A stretch of 64,000 nt of DNA. Origin: Octopus sinensis. Lineage: Eukaryota. The notes under the pieces are model-generated. The model did not search any database and was not told the origin of the DNA. It saw only the letters and a program-made list of their open reading frames with translations. Where the stretch lies: NCBI RefSeq assembly GCF_006345805.1, contig NC_043012.1:19964001-20028000 (forward strand). Direction: 5' to 3'. A program made the position numbers and the translations under genes. The number at the start of each line of letters is the position of its first letter. Positions within the stretch are counted from its first letter, which is position 1. Shown here piece by piece: positions 13,181 to 28,279 of the stretch.

Positions 13181-14199
13181 TAGATAGGTGTTGGCCGGTG
13201 TCTGACGTATAAACTATCAACACCAAGGAGTCAACTGTATGAAGATATGGTCAAGTCATGTTAGATGCAATGAGATCGCATAATCGTTCATGTTAGATTT
13301 CCTTTTACAAAAAGCTGACATTCATTCTGACATTAGAATATAGTTAATCGTATTACATGAATTATTTCATTCGCACATCTCAATACAAATTGTCATGTCA
13401 TGTGTTTATTTAAGGCAAAAATTATTTAATCTAATAAGTGGTATCTTGTGGACAATCTAATCTTTCTATCACATAAGTCAATTTCTATTCAAACTCATTT
13501 CCTTTTCGGCTTTCAGTTGAAGAGGAAGTAGATAGCTTTATTTTCTTGTGATGCAAGTCAATACCGCCGCGGGAAAATGTCTTCATGAGGTCGGTTACAT
13601 TTGTATTTATACAATAAGAAAATATCACTTTACACACACATTTATATAAATCTGTATATAAACATTTCTACCTGTTAGATTTGGATTCACATTATATTTG
13701 CCCTGCTAGCTCAATATAATCAACGGTAAATTTATACATACATGTATATATTAAATACATTTAAACTTATGAAACTTGTGCGCTTTAATTACATACAGAA
13801 AATTTTAATTTTTTATTTGACTAAATTTGCACAGAAAAAAATTTTTCCTCTGGAAAATGGAACTATATTTTAGAGAATTGTTTTCTGTGTGTTGCAGGCA
13901 AAGACTGAAATAAAATTTTCAGTGTTATTTTGAGAGAGGTATTTCAGATGGGAAATTTTGGTGTATAAAGGAGGCGTTTTTCTTTAACTCAAAGAATTTA
14001 AAATTACATAATGCAGGGGTAGGGGTGAGAGTCATTTCAGGAATGTTATGCATTGAAAATTTTCACAGAAAGGTATGTAAATGTATATAAAAAATTAAAA
14101 AATAAAAATCCAATAGTGAACTACTTGTATTTTGAAATAAATACAGGTAGTTTTGCGAAGTGAATTTTGGATTAGGGAGGCACACAATGTCTTCTTGAT

Positions 14200-14800
14200 G
14201 CAGATGGAAGGATGAAACACCGGATGATTATCAGTTATATTAGATCAGTATTTATTTGTGTGAATATTTTGTTTTACAATCACTAGTTCTTCCTCATGAA
14301 TCATTTGTACCTCTAAAAACATATTCCAAGTAATGTGGTATCAAAGTCGTCATGCGTACCCTAAATGAAAGTCAATTATGATAGAGTAGAGGACATGTCA
14401 ATTCGTATGACTTGCATAAGATTCTCACGACTGGACGTAAACGCATGGAAATCACTATTGTCAGGATGAGCTGCATAGCTTTCAACATATATAATTTAGT
14501 AAGAAGCATTCGAAACACCACGAAACCTAATTATTTCAACAGCTCGTTTCTTTTACATATGTTCCGATAATATCACTTTCTATAATCTATAGAGATGCAA
14601 CATACCAGACAATATCAAAGCATTGCAACATTTGCCAAAGAAATCTTTGGTGATAGCAAGTTATTGCCACTTGTATCATCATAATTTCTTTTTGCAGAAT
14701 CTTTTTAAAATGTTCAGTTATGAATTTCTCACACAACCTGCTTCTATGAAAGGGTCCTTACCAAGTACATATGGCATACGCAGTGAGGAGGCTCTTTCTG
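14200..14800 (-). mobile_element. Possible piggyBac transposase remnant
   Basis: Minus-strand YLGKDP, IIGTYVKRNEL and IIDF are loosely like the piggyBac YxGK, VGT..xNxxELP and IxDYN motifs. Very degraded. Confidence 0.3.
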
Positions 14801-16019
14801 AATAATCATACCTATTTTCATTTCATTTAAAGGATGTAACGAAAATTATGGTGCTTCGCACTGTGCTGCTCATCATTCACAGAATACGCATATTTCATTC
14901 TGGTTAGTCTTGTAGGAGCATCTATTCAGAACACGGGAATAGCCGTTATTCACAGTATGTCTAAATAAGTTATCTTTGTGATAACAGTGTAACGAGAACA
15001 GGAAAATCAAACGAAGATGATAATTTTCTCCAAATGAAAATATCGACCCAAACAAATACAGTATTTCAAAACGAATAGAATTGTCAATATATTGGTAACA
15101 TGACTTAATCGACTTAATCAATAGAATATTCTTAATGAAATAACACTTAGCGGAGGTGATTGTGAAATGTCAAAGTTGTCAGCTTTATATAAATGTAAAC
15201 TTCTGTCAGAAAACCGATTGTTGCATATTCAATCTATTATTGATATATGAGTAATAAATGTTTATTTACTCTAGGTCATTACTAATAAAGCAACTGATGA
15301 CCAGATGGACTCCAGCTGCAAACGTCGGACGTTTTACTTTCGTCCGAATCAAAGTAGGGCTATGTTATATCAATTATCTGTAATTAAGATTGTGATAGGA
15401 AGATTTGGCTGCTATTTCTCATGCACTGGATGAGATCATAAAGGTTGGTATTTAACAGAAAGGCACCAGAGCGTTAGGTATTGATCTCTAGAATAAGAAA
15501 TAGGTAGAAATTTAAAAAAACATAATTCCAAGTGACGTCAGTGAACAGTGCCAGAGAACCGACCACTGTTGCTACTACGATCAACAGCCCTTTACTACGG
15601 CTACTTCTGCTGTCACAGCCACAGATTAGCTGATATAACCACAACCACCACCAAGGTTACCAAAATTACGACCAACAGACGACGACCAAGAATCACTACT
15701 GTTGCTTCCATTGGAACACAAGGTAACACAAAAGCGGTTCCTTTTGATACCAGCAAGAAATCTATAATGAACTTCTCCACTACACTCGACAAAACAGTAA
15801 GGAACGACTATGGATTGTTTCTATTATACTCTTTATAATATATTTGATAAGGTTCGTCTTTTCAAGAACATGGATTCTATTGAATATATGTGACGATTAT
15901 GAACTGTTCCATTATACTTTTTATAATAAATTTTTTTTCATAGGGTTCGTTTTTTCAAGAACCGAAACACGTAAAGTTAAAATTTATCTAATATAGTGGC
16001 GTTTTCAAACTTCTTTTTT

Positions 16020-16068
<49 letters not shown>

Positions 16069-16567
16069 TCAATATAGGGTGGCAAGTGGGAAAAAATTAA
16101 ATAGTCATAGACCATTTTTAAGTTCAACATCAACAATCAAGGAACGGCCATAATAGGCCATTCACCCACTAGAAATAACAGCCAAAGCTTCAACCGCAAA
16201 TAAAAGTCAATTCCGTAAACAGGAGAAAATTTAAAAAACATTTACCCTGTAATTTCTTATACGATGCACCGTTTCATCTGCTGTTTCATGGTAAACTAAC
16301 GTGATTAAATTAAATCAAGCCAATCTTCCATAGGCCCTCAGATTCTTCAGTAAGAAATAGCCACAAGTCGGAACAGATATTTTCACGAGGCATTTCCGAC
16401 CCTGCCAAGGTAATATCTGACCTAAAATTTTCAAATCATCGCACTCGCGCCAAATTTATCGGCAGCAAATAAATATAAGCCGTCGATTCCATTACGGAAT
16501 TAACCAGAAAATTCATAATTAATCAATATATATTGATTAATTATATATATATACATATATATATATA

Positions 16568-16612
<45 letters not shown>

Positions 16613-17299
16613 TAGTTATTTTGTACACGACAGTTCGACTTACAGGAGACCATTGGTATAAAATAAAGGAAAACTTTATTTCCACGCGAGTTGTGATTGT
16701 TTTTCTAGTTTACGGCATTATCTATCTGTCTGTTCTATCTATCTATTTATCTGATATATATATATATATATATATATAAGGTTATGGTTATGTCATGAAC
16801 TTTATTAGCTTACTGGTGTTTCTGCGGTTCAGGCATTCAACTGCGATTTCCCTGTATTTTACAACAGAAACAACTGTAAGGTAATGGAATGTATAAGTTA
16901 CCCATCGTTTTTCTTGTGTCAGTCATTTTTCTTGTTACCCTTCTATACTCGTTTAACACTTTGTTCTGAAACATATTTTGTTTTCTACACTAGTTCATTA
17001 ATCTCACAATGCGTAAGTGAAATCTAACACACACACACATGTATGTATGTCCTGTGGGGAATATACTTGTGTATTATGGCAACTGTATACAGCATTTCAC
17101 AAGTAAATTTTCAGAGATATTCACTTATAATGAAAAAAATATGCACGTAATCCGTTTCACACTGTATAAAAAAAAGTAAATATATCGAAAGGTAACTCAA
17201 TATGAAAGCAGGAATTTTACATAAACGTAATATAGAAATCTAAAATTCAAGTGAAATTTAATTTCTCCTTTTATATTGAACAGAAAGAGAAACACATAC

Positions 17300-17910
17300 A
17301 AACATTCACACAAAACAACTTTCCAATTTGTAATTTGTTTTTATCCTAAAATATATTTTAGGAACGTAATATATTTAATATTTTTCTAGCAACAATTGTA
17401 TAAAGCCTATTTTTGCATGTATCGCCTGTATGTAACACGTCCTTATATTAACATAGAAAAATATTTCTTCCTCGATCGAAAGATATCTTCAGACTTTATT
17501 TCTATAAAGTCTCACATGAATGATATTATCGTGTACACTTTGAAATATAAATTTGTAATGAAAATGTAAAAACGAGTATATTGAAACAGCATTATCGCAT
17601 AAGAAATTGGAAAGGGCTAACTGTAGGATTAATAAGGAATATTATGATTCGAACAAATACCGATAATATCTTTCTTTATTTCGTCAAGCGTCCTCAATAC
17701 ATGCCTTCTTGTGTTTATGTTATTTGAAGAAATCACGGAACACTGTTACAGAAACAGAAGCGACATTGGAGTACGTCTACACGACAAGCAGATGAATCTT
17801 GGTTGAGATTTTGTGCCTGTCACATATTGTGAACGTCTTGAATTATATATTTCAGGCCGGCAAAACTATCGCTGAGAAGTAAATCGTAAAGGTAATAAAC
17901 AACCCTCGAT
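17300..17910 (+). pseudogene. Toll-like receptor pseudogene, copy F (TM and N-terminal half of the TIR)
   Basis: FISSSVLNTCLLVFMLF (TM-like, about 17677-17727), ADESW (17788-17802), then LCLSHIVNVLNYIFQAGKTIAEK*IVKVINNPR (17811-17909), matching TIR LCLHxRDFxPGKxIxENIVxAIxNSR. Confidence 0.6.
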
Positions 17911-18010
17911 TCATACAAACATATGCACATAGTCACAAACACACACATACGTGTATGTTTCTATGTGTTTATATATATATATATATATATAGACACAGAC
18001 ACAGACACAG

Positions 18011-18079
<69 letters not shown>

Positions 18080-18258
18080 AAGAGAGAGAGAGAGAAAGAA
18101 ATATATGGATCGAAATAGCTTCAAATACGTTGATACTCCTGCGTTTCAAGCGTGATGCTAGTCGTCTGCCATTTTGAATTTGAATCAAGCCATTTTTATC
18201 CATATATGTAACCCACAAAATATTTATGGATTTCCTTTCTTCCGTTTGTCCCTCACTC

Positions 18259-18290
<32 letters not shown>

Positions 18291-18399
18291 GATGATTGAT
18301 TACAGGCTGCGATGATTGATTACAGCAATGTAAATGATGATGTAATAAGGTCTACACATGCGATGAATTCGAACTCAGCTACTCGCCCGATTGATTCCC

Positions 18400-19040
18400 A
18401 GTAATCCTTCTACAATCATGTAAGCGAGTCGTAAAAAAACCACTGCAGTCTCTCTTCCAGAGATTCCTTGCAGCCGGCAAACTTCCAAGCAAGCTGAAGA
18501 AAAGGAAAATATGTCCCATCCATAATGGTGATAGCAAAACAGAGGCCAAAAGCTACAAACGTACCTCTTTGAACTCGCACAACAGCAAACTCAAAAGAAA
18601 ACTAATCAACTTCCTTGAGGGAAATGACTTGCTGACGGACACCCAACATGGTTTCCGACCAGGAAGAAGCTGCCTGATTCAGCTCTTACAAGACTATGAC
18701 TGGGTGCTGAAACAGCTGATTAACCACTCAAATGTGGATGTAATATATCTCGACTTTGCGGAAGCTTGCGATAAAGTCAATAATGGAATGATATGTCACA
18801 AACTGCATAAGCCCGGCATAGTCGGAATATTCAGACAATGGCTGCATGACCTTCTGGAAAATAGAAGTCAAGCGGTAGTAGCCAATGGGGCCACTCGAAC
18901 GACACGCGAGGATATTCTGCAAGGCAATGTTCTGGGACTACACAAAAACCACGATTATAGGTTATGCAGATGCATCAAAAGTCTCGCAGGTGATACAGAA
19001 ACGTGAAAACGCTATACACCAGCAACGACTTCCCACAGAT
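18400..19040 (+). mobile_element. CR1-group LINE reverse transcriptase fragment
   Basis: QHGFRPGRSCLIQLL...NVDVIYLDFAEACDKV...WLHDLLENRSQAVVANG. Confidence 0.9.
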
Positions 19041-19156
19041 TACCATCTAAAATAAGCCATCGAGTTAATACACATTAGATTTGTAAAATAGACACATTGG
19101 TGTTAGTGAAATAATATTAAGTTGTTAAGGTGTGTTTTACTAGCAATTCAAATACA

Positions 19157-20585
19157 TCATCGTCATCATCATCATCATCATCATCCGATAGTACTTATTG
19201 CATGGATCGCCGTGAATCGTTCTATCCGGTCGGTGTGGTCCATCATTGCACGTGTTGTTAGGTCTTCTTACGTGTGCTCCGAGTCCTCTCACAGTTGCTT
19301 TATGTAGGTTCGATCTGGTCTACCAGCATTTGTTTAGCCATGCTCCAGCTCTGAGAGAAAAACGTCGCTGAGGATCTCATTCTTTCCTCTCTAGCACTGT
19401 CCGGTGAATATTGTTCTTCTTCCTCTGATGACATATGATATACGTGACAAATTACCATCGAGAGCTTATTTCGTAGGGTGTTGTCTCCAGGAGATGTCCA
19501 GAGCAGCTCTAAGGCTTCTTATATAAGTTCCTTCGATTTTCTTTTCAAGGTAAGTCGTTGGAATCCATATTGTACATCCATATAACACTGAATGCACAGA
19601 TGAGTGAAATAAATTACGTTTCAAATTTAATGGAAGCTTAGATTTCCTGACTACTGATAACTTCTTATTTAAAGCTCCCCACGCTTTGCTAATTCGGACA
19701 CCATTTGCAGACATATATTTGTTTGTCATTTTGTTTCCAAGACATGTGAATTCCTCAAACCTTTTCAATGTTTTTCAGCTTTCAGCTTCATTTTCAAGGA
19801 GGTTGATGTGAGAATCTGCATTACAAACTTCATGTAGTAGAACCAATTCATCAGCATAATCAGCATCTGTGATAGTCACAGTTGGAAAACGTTTGCTTCT
19901 GGCTTGCTGAAGAGTTGACGCTTTGCCTGTCATCACATATACAGGGGTGCGTAATATAATGGACAGGTGAGGTGCCAACATTGAAATTAGATGGATCATT
20001 CATCATAATCTTAACATAAAACTTGGAGTATTTTTATGTATAAGCTGTCATATTATCGTTGAAAAAAAGGAAGGCAGATGATTTGATCGGAATTCCAACT
20101 GAAGTATGGAAAAGTATGGATATTTATTGACATTCTTTCTCGACTATGTAAAGCGAAATTCCATCACAGCCGCTTAGAGAAATTTGTTAAAGGAGGCATT
20201 CTTCCCTTTTCATAGAAGATAGTTGCCTGTAGAATCAAGAACTACAGGGATATTAGTCTCAGCCCTGTCTTCCAAATTTTACAATGCCACGCTACTCCAT
20301 CGTATGCAACCGGTGGTCGAAAAAAATATTGAGGTGAAAACAAGAGTGTATTTTTAAGAACCTCGCCCATACTCTTACAGTGCGAAGGGTTAATGAAGTA
20401 GTGCATGGGAGGGAACTGAAAGCAGTTCTATTTATTAATATTTCTTGGGCATTTGAAACAAGGAAAATGGAAAATATACTTCTTTCAAACGATATCTCAA
20501 AGGAAATTATCAATGCTTTCATGATATCGTATAGAAATACTCAGTCTATATCTGGTTCTGCAGATGGCGACGCAGAGAGTTCTTT
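19157..20585 (-). mobile_element. RTE-clade LINE with an inverted 5' segment
   Basis: Minus 19240-20000 has LAPHLSII...TITDADYADEL...RISKAWGAL...LRAALDISWRQHPT and a (GAT)n tail at about 19157-19185. Plus 20060-20585 has GIPTEVWK...KNYRDISL...AVLFINISWAF...SADGDAES, the upstream part of the same RT. Confidence 0.85.
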
Positions 20586-21047
20586 AACATATTTCAAATA
20601 TAATAATATTTATCTTACATATTATAAGCAATAATTAGTGTCATTTAAGTGTCCAAAAGATAACGTATTCTGCTATACCATATAGATGTTTGTTAATTGA
20701 ATTAGAACATCAACGTATTAATTAAATTATTCATTGACGTTAAAGCGGAATCAGAATTAATTATTGTTGCTATAAGATCGGACAGCATTTTTTATTCGTT
20801 TGGGATGTTCTTGGTGGGTTTTATTTTAGTCATAGAGTTTAACATTTGCATAAATGCAACATAGAAAATTAATGCAATATTTTATAACACATTCGTTGAA
20901 ACGTATCTATAACATGTAAACTAATGAAGATGTTTCAGCAATTATTTGTGACAAACTAGAGTTTTTAAAATCACATGGTCAGTAAATGTACCAAGTGATA
21001 TTCAAAATACAAATAATATGTATATACATACATTCACATACATACCT

Positions 21048-21122
<75 letters not shown>

Positions 21123-21126
<4 letters not shown>

Positions 21127-22393
21127 GTCATCTCGTAACTTCTGTCCGAATATTGAATAAAGAAAACAGGTTATCAAATGTTATATTTAATTGAAATCTA
21201 ATCATGAATATATTTTTCCTGATTATCTATGACTTCCATCTGTTTACAAGCTTTTTAATCACATCAATGTAAAACTATTTTGGTTTCAAAGCGAAGAACT
21301 CTGAAATGTTAGTTTCGACCTCCTCCTGGCTTGCGAGATTTATGTTCCCCAAATGTTTCTGTAAACTACGAAAGAAATGGTAGTCTGAAAGAGCAAAGTC
21401 GGGAGAAAAAAGTGGATGAAGATTTTTTTCCCAGCCTAGCTTTTCGATCTCTGTGATGTGATCTTTGCAGTGTGATGTCGCGCATTGTCCTGATGAAACA
21501 TCACCCCTTTTCGATTCACTAAAGCGGGTCTTTTTACTTCAAAACCTGCTTGAAACACTCTAATTGCTGATAGTAGTCTTGAGCATTGATTGTTGCATTA
21601 GGTTACTCCTTTGTTACTCCTTTGCAATCCTACCAGATAGAGAGTAGAACTTCTTCCCATGAAGTTCCCATCTCGGATGTGGTTGAGCTTTTCCCCCTTT
21701 TATTAAGCTACTGTTTACGGCGTTTAACATTTCGATAGAAGATCCATGTTTCGTCAGCAGTCAAACACCTATCGAAAAAGGATGAAATGTTTTCGCCAGA
21801 ATGCAGAGAAGAGCAGATGTCAACTCGCGATTTGCGGTTCTTTACGGACCATTCATGAAGCAGACATTTTAGGAACCTTTCCAAGTTGATGAAGATGACG
21901 ATGAACAGTTGTATGGCTATAAGTAAGCTTTATTGCCAATTCTTGAACTGATAATGCAGAATTTTCTTCAAGTAATGCCTGAAGGAGCTTATCATTAAAC
22001 CCAACTGGACATCCTGTTCGATCTTAGTCTTCAAGGCTGAAATCTCTACTTCTGAATTTTGCAAGCCACCTTCTGCAAGTTCTTTCATTCAAGAATTCTT
22101 TCCCATAAACTGAGTGTATGTTTCGAGTCGCTTCAGCTGCTGAGGTTCCTTTTTCTTTTGTACTCATAAAGCATTATGTGCCTCAAATGCTCTCTGGATA
22201 CTTCCATGTTAGAAAGGGCTTTAATGAAAGAAATTTTATTTCTGGTATTCTGTAAAATAATATTTAATTATTTTAAATGTTACACAAATGTATAAAAATA
22301 ATTTTAAATTCCATTATACATTCTAAAATACTATTAAATTTCATTCAATATTAAGAAAAGGTAAACTTGCTCACAACTTATGGGATGAACTGA
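21123..22393 (-). mobile_element. Full-length degenerate mariner element
   Basis: Imperfect TIRs tcaggtcatctcgtaacttctgtcc and the reverse complement tcagttcatcccataagttgtgagc, with TA flanks. Minus strand encodes LVNRKGVMFHQDNARHHTAKIT...EVIDNQ. Confidence 0.85.
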
Positions 22394-22754
22394 TAATTCT
22401 GTAACAACGAATTACAGGTGTCAATTCATTACGGCCGTTTCCAACAACGTAATTGTTTGACACCTCTTCCTTGTAACTCAATTACATTTCAGTCACCTGC
22501 CCTGGAAGGTATGCTTCGTAAATTTTATACACAGTATTTCTAATGCAATGTACATGTTCGAATAGCTAAGAGTGGATTTCTCCTCTAGGCTGGATCTTAT
22601 TATCCGAAAACACTGCAAGGATATCGTATGGGCGGCACTTATGATTCTAGTTTGATCTTGTCTTAATATTGTAGGCTATGTATGTTACTTAGGCCTAAAA
22701 AGGTGCTTCAATTTAAGTGGCTAATTTAAATGAAACTTAAATGTACTATATACA

Positions 22755-22806
<52 letters not shown>

Positions 22807-22853
22807 ATATATAATATCCATACATAGACACACGCGTACATACATACTTTAAT

Positions 22854-22912
<59 letters not shown>

Positions 22913-23031
22913 TATATATATGTATATCTATATCTATATATCTACATCTACATATATAGGTGTATATATGTATACACACACATATATATATCTATATATG
23001 TATAAATATACATATACATATGTATATGTGT

Positions 23032-23152
<121 letters not shown>

Positions 23153-23229
23153 CAGTATGTGAGATTCTGAATGGAAACTGCGCTGCATAATCTTTCAATT
23201 AATATTTCAGTGTTTTGTCAGCAAACAAC

Positions 23230-23600
23230 GAACCGTAGAATAGATTTAAAGATTAACTTACTTAAAGCCGACTTGCAACATATCCTCAGCTGTTGTTTTT
23301 TATTTTCAGGATAAACAGTTGCACCAAAACAAACACGATATTTAAAGAAAACTGTAAGCAAATCTTTGTCAAATAATATTTTCTATATTTTTCCGATGAG
23401 GTTATAACGTAGGCTACTGATTAAGTTCAATTGAGACAGAACGTGACTATGCAGTATTGAAGTAATATTTTTATTGTCATAGCAATAACAACAAAAGTTT
23501 GAGATTATCTGTATGCGTAGTACTAACGCAAAATTAGAGCCTGACAAGATGAGAAAATATATTTTCAGTTTGATGCGAGTAAACAGGAACAACGTCGAGT
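23230..23600 (-). pseudogene. TLR-like/LRR pseudogene 5' end, copy G
   Basis: IKLKIYFLILSGSNFALVL (signal-peptide-like, with ATC where an ATG would be expected), FCCYCYDNKNI (23464-23496) and the LRR-like SLRYNLIGKI*KILFDK (about 23365-23415). Confidence 0.5.
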
Positions 23601-24064
23601 ATAATCCTACCGGAAAACACGCATTCATGAATAAAATATGTGTATTAATTGCTCTGTTCGGTTAAACGAACGAAAGTTCGGTTAAACGAACGAAAGCGCT
23701 ATTAAAGAATTATCCAAAATTCTGACTACCTCTTTATTCTTAATATACAATATCAGTACACCACTTCAAACACTGTATACAAACATGTGTGTGTGTGGGC
23801 GTGCATTCATGTATGTATGTTTGTATGTGTGTGTGTCTCTATGTATGCGTGTGTGAATATCTGTAATTTTGAAACCAGTGAATGTATGTCGGTGTTTTGG
23901 GTAAAACATAGTCACAGTTTCGGCTATCTGGTGTCATCCACAGCTGGGATATATTCATTCTCCTGGGATCGACGTCAGAACTTTCGCAGTATCAGCTGTG
24001 ATAATAATTGATGTGAGGAAACGTTGATAGATTTAGCACAAGTCTTAGACTGGTCTTATATATA

Positions 24065-24410
24065 CACATATGCCGTTCCCTCGACATAGTTGGAAAACAT
24101 GGAGAGTGGCTGCACGACTTTCTCAATGGCAGACGTCAGGCAGTGGTGACTAACGGAGCCCCTACAAGGAAACACAAATAGTAAGCGGTATTCCACAGGG
24201 CACTGTCTGAGGCCCACTGCTGTTGATTTGGCCCTCTCAAACATACCCTCAGCTGCTCTGATAACCACCCTTGCTAGCTATGCAAAACTGGATCGCCTCC
24301 AAGGGTTCCTGATGAGCTTAGCTCACGGGCAGGAAATACAGATGAGGGTAACCGCATCAAACTCCCTAACTTACCAAATGCCACTCATTAGAGGACGTTT
24401 CAAATAATGG
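24065..24410 (+). mobile_element. Internally deleted CR1-group LINE fragment
   Basis: GEWLHDFLNGRRQAVVTNG...SGIPQGTV*GPLL...LASYA is fused directly to the KLD..VPDE 3' end also seen at 45200-45290. Confidence 0.8.
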
Positions 24411-24941
24411 TGTGGCACACTCAAATGTCGTGCCCCAGCCTTACCTCATTTTTGAAGCCAAAACGATATAAAGATCTAAAGATTTAATGATTTCTACATA
24501 CATACAAACAAAAGTAAAAAGGAGATCTAGACAGTAAAAAGGAATATGTCCCTTGCATTTAAAAACAATGGAAATATTTTTAAAAAGCATTTCATTTCAT
24601 TTTCTCACACGTTAGTTGTTTTTCATACGTTACTCAAAATTGATAATTCACAAAGACTAGAACCGGTACTAAAATATTCTTCATAAAAATATTTTAGCAT
24701 TTTCTACATTGTCTTGTTTTCCTTATATATATACGTATATCCAACTACCCCACATGCATATGGGCACAATCACACGCAGTCACACACACATACACACATA
24801 TGTGTGCTTCTATATTATTTGATAACAGTTCGATTCGGGACTATTCCCCATAGTTTGACTAACTCGTAAAAAAGGACCCATCTCGTTTGGCTCATAAATA
24901 TTTGAAATAAACGTGAAAATTTCATATTTTTGTCTCTTATT

Positions 24942-24978
24942 CCTTTCTGCTGAAGAGTATAAGGCTCGAAACGTAAAA
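24942..24978 (+). ncRNA. Minimal hammerhead-like motif with a variant core (A6 to C) in a probable Penelope terminal repeat
   Basis: CCTTT-CTGCTGA-A-GAGT ataag GCTC-GAA-ACGT-A-AAA. The repeat is homologous to 45545-45670. Confidence 0.55.
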
Positions 24979-24999
24979 TACTTTCTCACTTTCCCGAGC

Positions 25000-25770
25000 G
25001 TCAAACTAATACACCTGCATAATCGGGTCCTTTATTTTGAGGGCGATGAATATGAAATACAATGAGATCAGTACCAACTCAAGTTTTAACCTGGGGAATC
25101 TGTCCTGTTACACGAATTTTGGCTTCCTTGGTATTTTTAGCTGTTCGCCTTCTGGTCAGTATTTGTAGCTGTCGGGGATTTTAATGTGTTTCAATGTGTG
25201 ATTGTCAAGATTTTGGTATGGTTACACAAACACATAGATACGAAATACACGATGATAGCTTGCAGCTCAAATTTTGACCTAGGGAACACCTAGGGAGAAA
25301 CATAAACATACAAGCTCTACTCAAATACTTGCGTGATCATCAAAACTCAAGTGAAACAAATATATTAATATAATAGCAGAAATCTGGTATGCGTGACCCC
25401 AATCTTACAAATGAAAACAGGAAATACCATAAAGACATGACCAGCCTAAAAGTATCACTTACCTATGTTATTTTGTGAGAAAGTTAACATATCCAATTAC
25501 TAAATCTTAAATTCGGGTATGTGTACCTTTGACCGAAATATTAAAAGAATAGGATTAAACCCAACAATACCCAGATCAATAATATTTCTATCACATCGGC
25601 TGCCTATGCAGCATTGAAGTGATGTTTTTACTGTCATGGCAATAACAACAAAATTTTGAGATTATCTGAATGCGTTGTACTAACGCAAAATTAAAGCCTG
25701 GCAAGATGAGAAAATATATTTTCAGTTTGATGTGAGTCAGCAGGAACAAAGACAAGTATAATCATACCGG
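25000..25770 (-). pseudogene. TLR-like/LRR pseudogene 5' part, copy H (paralog of G)
   Basis: IKLKIYFLILPGFNFALVQ...FCCYCHDSKNI, IDLGIVGFNPI, the canonical LRR LDMLTFSQNNIGK (25458-25496) and TKILTITH*N. Confidence 0.55.
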
Positions 25771-25849
25771 AAAGCACTTTATATTTAAAATATGTTTGTC
25801 ACATATTTCAACTGCTAAAGGCAAATACACTACAGTTAGCGTGAAGAAA

Positions 25850-28270
<2,421 letters not shown>

Positions 28271-28279
28271 CTAATGAAC

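Noticed and set aside
13300-13620. Possible LRR remnant on minus (EMSLNRN*L)
   Set aside because: Too little evidence; such motifs can arise by chance in AT-rich DNA.
15296-15345. CTGATGA followed by hairpins
   Set aside because: No GAAA closes stem II and there is no stem I pairing.
23656-23696. 20-bp direct repeat as a CRISPR-like or regulatory array
   Set aside because: Only two adjacent units with no spacer; a simple slippage duplication like those near 1778, 11548 and 44388.
24306-24335. CTGATGA...GAAA as a hammerhead
   Set aside because: It is the VPDE-coding 3' end of the CR1 fragment, and no stems I or III form.
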